Origin: Octopus bimaculoides
Lineage: Eukaryota
DNA length: 56,193 bases
Assembly (NCBI RefSeq): GCF_001194135.2
Contig: NC_069010.1
Span: 7,246,427-7,302,619 of the forward strand
Direction of reading: 5' to 3'
Below the pieces are notes generated by a model that saw only the letters and a list, made by a program, of their open reading frames with translations, had not been told where the DNA came from and searched no databases. Position numbers and translations under genes: made by a program. This document shows positions 34,778 to 44,913 of the stretch, piece by piece (the stretch's first letter is position 1; each line of letters begins with the position of its first letter).

Positions 34778-35717
34778 AAAAGTTCCCAGGAGTACAAGGA
34801 CGCTTGTGACTTATGGGAAATATTCCAGGCAACGAGGAATGAACTGATATCCGAAGTGTTCGGTGACCCCTCCCCTGCTCCCAGTATGCCCATGGCCACC
34901 CACACTGCCAGTACGTCATCTGTTGCCTCCACACCGACCGCCGTGCCAACACCTCCGACGCCACATCCCCCTATCAGTTGTGCAGCTGCAGCAGCCGCAG
35001 CGGCTACTGCTGCTGTAGCCGCTGCGGCTGCTGANNNNNNNNNNNNNNNNNNNNNNNNNNNNNNNNNNNNNNNNNNNNNNNNNNNNNNNNNNNNNNNNNN
35101 NNNNNNNNNNNNNNNNNNNNNNNNNNNNNNNNNNNNNNNNNNNNNNNNNNNNNNNNNNNNNNNNNNNNNNNNNNNNNNNNNNNNNNNNNNNNNNNNNNNN
35201 NNNNNNNNNNNNNNNNNNNNNNNNNNNNNNNNGGGCCAACATGACACCGGGCCCCGAGCGGAGGCGGAGTGCCAGGAAAAACCAGATGGACGCTGTTGGA
35301 GGCAGTGGCGGCGGAGGAGCAGGAGTGGTAATGGGAGGAGGAGGAGTGGGGATGGTTGGCACTGTTGTTGGGAGTGGTGTGCAAGCTCAGGCTCAGCGAG
35401 CTGGCGGTGGGGGCGGCGGCGGAGGGGATGACGAAGACATGGAAGACGACGAGGAAGATGACGAGATGTCGAAGGACGGGGTCTCGCTGCTGGCGTCGGC
35501 AGCAACCCCGACCTCGCACACGCGGCCATCCGTTGCTGCCAGTGCCGCGACCACCATGGGCACGCCAGGCGCCACTTCCACGCCCACCACTGCCACAGAG
35601 CACGTCCTCTCCACCGAAGATGCCTTGGAGATCAACCAACTCTACACAGCCATCATAACAGCAAAGGATGGTGAGCGTGACATTAGCGAAGTTTTCCAGC
35701 GTCTTCCTCCGAGATCT
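34778..35717 (+). CDS. PBRM1: PBRM1 long exon: end of BD1 (KSSQEYKDACDLWEIFQATRNE), Pro/Thr-, Ala-, Gly- and Asp/Glu-rich linker, start of BD2 (EINQLYTAIITAKDGERDISEVFQRLPPRS)
   Basis: tgcag acceptor at 34777 and TCT|GTGAGT donor at 35718. Interrupted by N-gap 35035-35232; frames on each side differ, consistent with an estimated gap size. An intron inside the gap cannot be excluded. Confidence 0.88.
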
Positions 35718-35759
35718 GTGAGTATTCTCCTTATTTTCCTCTGGAAGTTATTTTGCCTT

Positions 35760-36350
35760 ATCTCTCGTCTCCTGTCTTTTGTCTTCAAGATTTCTCCTTC
35801 TCTCTCTGTCATATGTCCTCACCCTCTGGTTTATATTTTCACCGTATGTCCCGTGTCTTTTCCCTCAGTCTTACATTCTCTCCCTCAGTCTCATATTTTC
35901 TCCTTTTATCTTCTCTCTCTGTCATACATTCTCACCCTCTGTCTTATTTCTTCTCCCTTAGTCTTATATTCTCTCCCTCTGTCTTGTATTTTCTTCCCTC
36001 ACACTCTGGCTTATATTTTCTCATGCCTTGTCTTCTCTCTCTGTCATATCTTCTCCCTCACTCTTACATCCGCACCTTCTGGCTTATATTTTCCCTCTTA
36101 TGTCCTATGTCTTCTCTTTCTGTCTTACATCCTCTCCCTCTGTCTTGTATTTTCTCCCTTACTCTTATGATGTCATCTCCCTCTCTCTTACATCCTCACC
36201 CTCTGGCTTATATTTTCTCTTTATGTCCTATGCCTTCTCTCTCTGTCTTACATCCTCTCCTTCTGTCTTCTCTCTCTTTTGCACATCTTCGTCCTCTGGC
36301 TTATATTTTCTTCTTCCTTGTGTCTTGTTTTGTTGTATGTCATCTACTCC
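35760..36350 (+). repeat. Pyrimidine-rich degenerate tandem array in a PBRM1 intron
   Basis: Recurrent CTCACCCTCTGGCTTATATTTTCTC / CTCTCCCTCTGTCTTACATC units. Confidence 0.8.
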
Positions 36351-37195
36351 CTCCATCTATCTAATGCAGCATTTTCCAACCATTTTGCTCTTGTGGAATC
36401 CTGAAATCCATTCCATGTGTTAGGGTACCCTTACCCCAAAATTACTTTGTGTGTTTTATTTTGTATAAGTCATTGGACCACGCCCATGCTGGAACACCAT
36501 CTAGCAGGGTTTTAGTCAAACAAATTGAACAAAATATATATTTTTTTTTTATTGTAAGTCCAGTACTCATTCTGTTGGTTTCTTTTGCCAAACAGCTAAG
36601 TTATGGGGATATAAACAAACCAACACTGGTTGTCAAGTGGTGGTGGTGGGAACGCACACACACACACATATGTACGTATTTAATATCTCTTGATTCAAGA
36701 AAGAGTTTCCTGCATTTTCTTGCTGAACAGTTTGTATGCTACATGTCAGGTGTCGAAAGTAATTGCGGCGTAGTGTGAGGTGAAGTGTTTTGCTATAGAA
36801 CACCAATGCACGACCCGGTCTGGGAATTGAACCAATGATCTTGCAATTGGGAGTGCAACACCCTAACCACTGAGCCACATACTGCCCCCCTCCCCACATA
36901 GATAGATAGATGGATGGATAGACAGATATAAATAGATGCAGATAGAGGAATAAATAGATAGATTTGTAATGGTCTTCCATATACCTTCTTCCATCTACCA
37001 AATTGTTGTAAATTGAAAAGTATGTACACACACATACACACACACACATGTACTCTTCCCAGTTATTTGTTCCCATACACACATGTGCATGTTTGTTTAT
37101 TCTGGTGGCTTGCGCTCCCAGACCAGACGATGAACCCCCCCCAATCCCCCTTCCAGTGAACGGTTCACTGCACGCATGTTTGTGTTTATTGCCAG

Positions 37196-37363
37196 AAGTA
37201 CCCGAAATACTACGAAATCATCAAGGACCCTATTGATCTCAAACTGATTGCCCAACGTATCCAGGAAGATTACTATACCAGTGTGACCAGCCTGGAGAAA
37301 GACCTCCTGCTCATGATAAAAAATGCCAAGACGTTCAATGAACCTCGATCGCAAGTATACCGG
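37196..37363 (+). CDS. PBRM1: PBRM1 exon, bromodomain 2: KYPKYYEIIKDPIDLKLIAQRIQEDYYTSVTSLEKDLLLMIKNAKTFNEPRSQVYR
   Basis: gccag acceptor and GTAAGT donor; 168 bp, phase 0->0. Matches polybromo BD2 YPDYYAIIKEPIDLKTIAQRIQ...NAKTYNEPGSQVFK. Confidence 0.97.
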
Positions 37364-38207
37364 GTAAGTGGCCAAGCACCTAAATACAATTATGCTTTGC
37401 TGTTATGTGTTTTCATATATATATATATATATANNNNNNNNNNNNNNNNNNNNNNNNNNNNNNNNNNNNNNNNNNNNNNNNNNNNNNNNNNNNNNNNNNN
37501 NNNNNNNNNNNNNNNNNNNNNNNNNNNNNNNNNNNNNNNNNNNNNNNNNNNNNNNNNNNNNNNNNNNNNNNNNNNNNNNNNNNNNNNNNNNNNNNNNNNN
37601 NNNNNNNNNNNNNNNNNNNNNNNNNNNNNNNNNNNNNNNNNNNNNNNNNNNNNNNNNNNNNNNNNNNNNNNNNNNNNNNNNNNNNNNNNNNNNNNNNNNN
37701 NNNNNNNNNNNNNNNNNNNNNNNNNNNNNNNNNNNNNNNNNNNNNNNNNNNNNNNNNNNNNNNNNNNNNNNNNNNNNNNNNNNNNNNNNNNNNNNNNNNN
37801 NNNNNNNNNNNNNNNNNNNNNNNNNNNNNNNNNNNNNNNNNNNNNNNNNNNNNNNNNNNNNNNNNNNNNNNNNNNNNNNNNNNNNNNNNNNNNNNNNNNN
37901 NNNNNNNNNNNNNNNNNNNNNNNNNNNNNNNNNNNNNNNNNNNNNNNNNNNNNNNNNNNNNNNNNNNNNNNNNNNNNNNNNNNNNNNNNNNNNNNNNNNN
38001 NNNNNNTAAAAGTTTCTTTTTCCCTTTCTTTGTTTGAAAATATATATATATACACATACGTATACACTCACACACACACACACACACACACACATCATTT
38101 AATTTCAGATGATGATATATATGTGTGTGTGTGTATATATATATATAAGTGGTATATGTGTATACACACATGTATATGCATGTACATATTGGTATACATA
38201 AATATGT

Positions 38208-38248
<41 letters not shown>

Positions 38249-41200
38249 TGTGTATATGTATGTATATGTGAAAAAAAATTGTTTATATGCTTCTGCTGCT
38301 GTTGTTCCTTCTAGCCTCAGGCCAACCCTAAATGATCAATGGCATTCCAACCATGACCATCCTGTTGTAATTTATATGTTCGTCATCTACACAGCAATCC
38401 ACTTTTATATATCATTCAATGTCTCCTTTCCTGTTTTTCTTTGTGATGATGGAGGGGGGGGGGNNNNNNNNNNNNNNNNNNNNNNNNNNNNNNNNNNNNN
38501 NNNNNNNNNNNNNNNNNNNNNNNNNNNNNNNNNNNNNNNNNNNNNNNNNNNNNNNNNNNNNNNNNNNNNNNNNNNNNNNNNNNNNNNNNNNNNNNNNNNN
38601 NNNNNNNNNNNNNNNNNNNNNNNNNNNNNNNNNNNNNNNNNNNNNNNNNNNNNNNNNNNNNNNNNNNNNNNNNNNNNNNNNNNNNNNNNNNNNNNNNNNN
38701 NNNNNNNNNNNNNNNNNNNNNNNNNNNNNNNNNNNNNNNNNNNNNNNNNNNNNNNNNNNNNNNNNNNNNNNNNNNNNNTATATATATATATATATATATA
38801 CAAATATTTATATGTATACATATATACATTTATGTGTGTGCATATAAGTATGTATATAAATACACATGTATATGGATACATAATGTATATATATATGTAG
38901 TTACATGTATCTCCTCTCTCTCATCTCTTTACTTCTGTAGCAAGTACAAAAATCATTATCACCATTATTATTCAAATATATGAGTTCAAATTGTGCTGAG
39001 GTCACCTTTGTTTTCGGTGTGTGTGGGGGGGTGTCGATGAATTAAGTACCAGTTGAACACTGGGGTCAGTTTAATCGACCAGGCCTCGCCCCCCCCAAAC
39101 TTTAGGCCTTGTGCCTTTAGTAGAAAGGATTGCTATTTTTCGGTTCAAATTCCGCCAAGGTTGACTTAGCCTTTTGTCCTTTTCTGGTTGATGAATTAAG
39201 TACCAGTTGAGCACTGAGGTCAGTGTTGTTCACTATCCCCCTCCCCCAAATTTCAGGCCTTGTGTGTGTAGTAGAAAAGATTATTATTATTATTATTATT
39301 ATAGCAGTGAGCTGGCAGAATTGTTAGCATGGCATCTGTCATCCGTTTATGTTTCGAGTTCAAATTCTGCTGAGATCAGCTATGTCTTTCATCCTTCTAG
39401 TGTCTATAAAATATATACCAGTTGAGTACTGGGGTCGATGTATTCGACTCTTCCCCTCCTTCAAAATTGCTGGCGTTGTGTCAAAATATGAAACTATTAT
39501 TATTATTATTATTATTATTAGGCAGAAGTGAAGTCACAACTTGACAACTGGTGTTGGTTTGTTTACTTCCTGGGTCGGCAAAAAGACTGATAGAATAAGT
39601 ACTAGGCTTAAAAAAAAAAAAAGTGGGACAATAATGGGGTGGCCAAAATGGATGCAAAAAGCAACAAAATAAAGGGTTGATTAGGTTGGGGTTTATTTGT
39701 GACATACAATTCTTTTGAATTTACTGCAGAAAATGGTGTATGTTTGTGGTGGTGGGGCACTTGGAATATGGCCTGAGTGCCAAGGAGGTGGCAGCCCCAA
39801 AAGGCTTGGGAACCCCTGATGTATATGGTGCATGCATACACAGTCTTGACATCTCTGTTACGTGATCCTTATCATCGTCATCTTTCTACACTCTGCTACT
39901 ATCTGGATGTGTGGGTGGTTTAATATTTGTGCTAGTAATAAGTAGTTGTGTTTATGAATATGTAGACGCGAGTGGGGGGGCAGGGGAACATGTGGTAATC
40001 CCTTCCTCAACCCAACCCAACCCAATCTTGGCTCTGGTTCTCTGCGTGTATAAGGAATGAAAGGGGGTTGAAGAAAAGTTTTACAAGTCCAGCAGCTGTA
40101 TCTGGGGGGGGTCAGTGGTCCAATATATATATAGAGAGATACACACACGTGTTTTCCCTCCTATCAAAGGAGGCACAAGCACTTTCATACACACCTGACA
40201 GAGCTTGGTCGGGGTGAGGCTATAGGAGAAGACACTTGCCCAAGGTGCTACACAGTGGGGTTGAACCCAGAACCATGTGGTTGGAAGCAAACTTCTTAGC
40301 GATGCAACCATGCCTGCATATATAAAAATATATAAACATGTGTATGTATGTATGTACGCGTGTGTATGTAGGTATCTGTATATTTATGCGTGTGTGTATA
40401 TCTGTGTATATGTATATAAATGTATGTATGTATATAAGTATAAATATATATATTTGTGTGTGTGTGTGATCAAAAGATATACCATGGTATTAAAAATATA
40501 TGAAAACAGAATTGTAACATGGAGAACATAGTAGAACATTATACAGAATTTCAGTATCAAAGAGAGAGTATCTGTTAGAGAGAGAGGGGGGGAGAAAGAT
40601 AGAGAGAGAGAGAGATGCACACGTACATACACAGACCCTTACATCGGAATATCAGGTTAATTAGATCCATCATTCAGATGTCAACCTTATCTCTGACAAT
40701 CGCGTATTATAATCTACACCATCCTTGTTATTTGTTTCCAAAATGTGATACCTTTTTTTTTTTTTTGATTTATCGATTTATTATTAACAAAAGTTGGGAG
40801 GGGGTGTAAATAACGATTTTTTATTTAAATTCTCGTTNNNNNNNNNNNNNNNNNNNNNNNNNNNNNNNNNNNNNNNNNNNNNNNNNNNNNNNNNNNNNNN
40901 NNNNNNNNNNNNNNNNNNNNNNNNNNNNNNNNNNNNNNNNNNNNNNNNNNNNNNNNNNNNNNNNNNNNNNNNNNNNNNNNNNNNNNNNNNNNNNNNNNNN
41001 NNNNNNNNNNNNNNNNNNNNNNNNNNNNNNNNNNNNNNNNNNNNNNNNNNNNNNNNNNNNNNNNNNNNNNNNNNNNNNNNNNNNNNNNNNNNNNNNNNNN
41101 NNNNNNNNNNNNNNNNNNNNNNNNNNNNNNNNNNNNNNNNNNNNNNNNNNNNNNNNNNNNNNNNNNNNNNNNNNNNNNNNNNNNNNNNNNNNNNNNNNNN

Positions 41201-41429
41201 NNNNNNNNNNNNNNNNNNNNNNNNNNNNNNNNNNNNNNNNNNNNNNNNNNNNNNNNNATATATATATATATATATATATATATATGGGAATATGGGCAGT
41301 AAAATATATGCAGATAATTTATATTCTGTGAAGTATAAGCAGTTATATATATATATATATATGTGCTTTGAAATGTATATGGTTTTACATTGATCCTGTT
41401 TGCTGCTCTCACTCCATATGTTCCCTAGA

Positions 41430-41607
41430 CAGCCTATCTGTTGTGTCTCTCTGTGTATCTGTCTGACCATCAAATTATCTATCCAACCGGTTTTTTAAAT
41501 TTATATATCCTCCTATGTATCTGTCCTCGCAAAACTCACTTATACATTCAGTGTTTTCTCTGTTTATCTACCTACCTACCTACTTACCTACCTATAGTCT
41601 CTTTCTA

Positions 41608-41651
<44 letters not shown>

Positions 41652-42000
41652 TTATCCATCAATCTAGCCATCCTTCTTTCATGTTATCCTTCTGTCTCTC
41701 TAATTATCTATCTATGCATCTATATATCTATCTATCTATCCGTTTGTCCATGTATCTAATCATCCACTTATCCATTCATACAACCGTCCATCCATTCACC
41801 CACTCTCTCTCTCTCTCTCTGTATATCTATCTAATCTGTTTATCCGTGCATCTGTTTGTGTATGTATGTATGTATGTATGTATCTATCTATCTATATATA
41901 TATATATCTCTGTGTCTGTCTATCTGTCTAACATTCCATTCCTCTCTTCATTCATCCAACCATCTACACTATCTATCCATCCATTCATCCATCTATCCCA
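41430..42000. repeat. Degenerate (CTAT)n/(CCAT)n/(CT)n tract
   Basis: Direct inspection. Confidence 0.85.
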
Positions 42001-42237
42001 ACAAAGCTCTACAAATTGTTGATTCCATCAAGGAGCTGAGGTGCCTAAGGCAAGGCACATCTCTCTCCTCTCATATATTTTTGTGATAATACAGACCATA
42101 TATAATATTTTTCTTCCTGTCTTTTTTATTCTTGTGCCTTAAAATCCTGTTAATTATATATGATAAAAAGGCAGTGGGCTGGCAGAAATGTTAGCTTTGT
42201 TGGACTAAAAGCTTAGCAGATTTCCTCTAGAAATTAA

Positions 42238-42417
42238 TAGCCAGCACTGATTTTGTTCTGACATTTCATGTCGGAGATGCCAGATGTAAACAACAGGATT
42301 GAAGATGAGAAAAGGTTAATGGGCGTGTATGCCATACTTCAGGAGTTTTCGCTCCTTAATAAGCTTCCATCCAACCCATTACTCATCCATGAACTCCTTG
42401 CTTAATATTTTACATAT
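42238..42417 (+). ncRNA. Candidate H/ACA-type small RNA, copy 1 of a tandem pair in a PBRM1 intron
   Basis: Hairpin, then AAACAA (H box ANANNA, 42288-42293), then a long hairpin, then ATA (42405) / ACA (42412). Same sense as the host gene; stems covary with copy 2. Confidence 0.45.
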
Positions 42418-42600
42418 TAAACACATTCCTGGAAGTTGGTATGTAAATATTTATGACTTGTAGGCACATGGTATTTCATTATGCGACCATACTACAAAGT
42501 GTATTAAATATTTTTATAAGTCAATATTGTGTTCTACTGTGTTAGCAGTGCTATTAAATCACTCGTAAAGGCTATCTCTATAGTTTTTCTTTAGAAATTA

Positions 42601-42792
42601 TAGCCAGCACTGATTTCCTTTCGATGTTTTGTATCCCAGATGCCAAATGTAAACAAGCAATGAGATCAGAGATGAAGAATGGGTAATGGGTGTATATACC
42701 ATATTTCAGGAGTTTTTACTCCTCCATAAGCACCCATCCCACCCATTAATCATCCACAAACTCATTGCTTATATCCACTAAATATAACAGTG
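42601..42792 (+). ncRNA. Candidate H/ACA-type small RNA, copy 2
   Basis: H box AAACAA at 42651-42656; perfect stem GCAATGAG/CTCATTGC (42657-64/42761-68) plus GATGA/TCATC and AATGGGTG/CACCCATT; ATA at 42771, ACA at 42787. Confidence 0.45.
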
Positions 42793-42875
42793 TAGTGTTT
42801 TCACGTTCTGAGTTCAAATCCAGCTCAGGTTGATCTTGTCTTCCATGCTTTTTTTTAATCACACTGTTTTTAATT

Positions 42876-43191
42876 AATCACGCATTATCTCAAAGCTTTG
42901 AGATTTTGGTCATGTGATTGCATAGTTTTAGAATGGCATTACAAGACAGTTATTAGTGGCTGGTTGGAACATTAGGCTGGTAGAATACTTGGGCCGGATA
43001 TGGATGGTTTAAATGCTAAAGAGTTGACCTCTTAGCATTTGAACCAGCTATATCTGGCCCAAATATTCATCTTTTTTTTTTTTTTATTCCAAACTGACCA
43101 GATCCAGCCTTTCACACCTGTCCTACAATGTCATTCTAAAAATAAACAATCACATCATCAAATCCTCAAAGCTGTGAGATAATGCATGATT
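42876..43191. repeat. Two diverged copies of a TTAA-ended repeat joined as an inverted pair (centre ~43025)
   Basis: Left arm ends ...GGTTTAAATGCTAAAGAG-ttga-CCTCTTAGCATTTGAACC... right arm; a further end of the family at ~47085-47125. Confidence 0.8.
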
Positions 43192-43638
43192 TATTCATGG
43201 ATGGATGAAAATCAAAGGGAACATCGGTGAGGTTTCACCACAGAATGTAGGAAAAGACATCTACCATTCAGCCAGTCCCTGCTTTATTAATTCCGCCATT
43301 CGGATCCCATCTCAATGTGTTCAACTCTTTAGTATCAGAAATTATTCTGTCAGACGCAATGCGTTTTTATTCACGGTAAAATCTCTGCTAATAACGCCAC
43401 CCTCTACAACCAGAGGTTTTGTTCTAACGTTACGGTATTAGGGTTAAGGCCCACAGCGCTCCTAAGTTCAGTTCGTGTGAAGGTCAGTTTTACCTTTCGT
43501 ACTTTTAAGGGTGATAAAAGAAAATGAATTGAAGTACTAGCCAAGTACTTGTGGCAATGTAATTGTTTTGTCCGCTCTCTTCAAAATAGCAGGCCTTTGT
43601 GCACCAAATTTTGAAATCACCAAGGCAGCACCCTAGCA

Positions 43639-43824
43639 CAATGCTCCACAATCTCTCTTCACCTGTGGTACCCTTATATTCTTTTCAAAATTTAGCAACA
43701 CACCTGAACTAAAAACGTAACTAAAAGCATATGGAAAAAGTTTATATTCAGGTTACACTGCTGCACACCAAGCATTGCTTTGTGGCACACCAGTGTGTTG
43801 CGACGTATCGGTTGTGGAACACTG
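43639..43824. mobile_element. hAT-type MITE with perfect 8-bp target-site duplication
   Basis: TIRs CAATGCTCCACAA / TTGTGGAACACTG; TSD CCCTAGCA at 43631-43638 and 43825-43832. Confidence 0.85.
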
Positions 43825-44232
43825 CCCTAGCATAATCATTACAATGTCGGACGGAAAAAATGCCTAACTACATTTCTTCCATCTCTTTACATTGTGAGTT
43901 CAAATTCCACCAAGGTCGACCTTGCCTTTCGTCCTTTCGGAGTTGATGAAATAGGTACCAGTTGATTACCGNNNNNNNNNNNNNNNNNNNNNNNNNNNNN
44001 NNNNNNNNNNNNNNNNNNNNNNNNNNNNNNNNNNNNNNNNNNNNNNNNNNNNNNNNNNNNNNNNNNNNNNNNNNNNNNNNNNNNNNNNNNNNNNNNNNNN
44101 NNNNNNNNNNNNNNNNNNNNNNNNNNNNNNNNNNNNNNNNNNNNNNNNNNNNNNNNNNNNNNNNNNNNNNNNNNNNNNNNNNNNNNNNNNNNNNNNNNNN
44201 NNNNNNNNNNNNNNNNNNNNNNNNNNNNNNNN

Positions 44233-44267
<35 letters not shown>

Positions 44268-44511
44268 CATCTACACACACACAAATATATATTAAGGCCA
44301 GCTAGCAGAATGATTAGCACACTGGACAAAATGTTTAGTGGTCTTTCGTCTGTCTATGTGGTCTGAGTTCAAATCCTGCCAAGGTTGACTTTGCCTTTCA
44401 TCCTTTTGGGGGCTTATGAAATAAGTACCAGTTGAGTGCTGGGGTCGATGTAATCGACTAGACCCCCTCACCCCAAAAATTGCAGGCCTTTTGCCAAAAT
44501 ATCAAGCCATT

Positions 44512-44542
<31 letters not shown>

Positions 44543-44840
44543 TCTCGTATAATATATACATATATAATATACAAATATATGTACACACACACACACACAC
44601 CCATACAGTGGCATATATATAACCATTTATTCGAAGCCTGACATTTCTCTTTGTCAATACTCTGAGTTTTGCATTTTGATTTTCCACAATGAAATTCAAA
44701 ATAAAACAACAAACTCTACTATGTGTGTTGAGTACGTTCTTCTCTCGTTTATATTATTATTTATTTTTTGTTTATGTTAACCATAACCGATTAAAGCAAT
44801 TTTTTTAAAGATGTTTTTTTTTTTGTTCTCCAAAATATCA

Positions 44841-44913
<73 letters not shown>

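Noticed and set aside
34693-35658. Antisense and alternative-frame ORFs over the long PBRM1 exon
   Set aside because: Shadow ORFs of GC-rich low-complexity coding sequence.
42231-42690. Mutually exclusive duplicated exons as the explanation of the 42.2-42.8 kb pair (both follow a TTYYTAG)
   Set aside because: Copy 1 has stops in all three frames, the peptides do not resemble polybromo, and substitutions preserve pairing rather than codons.
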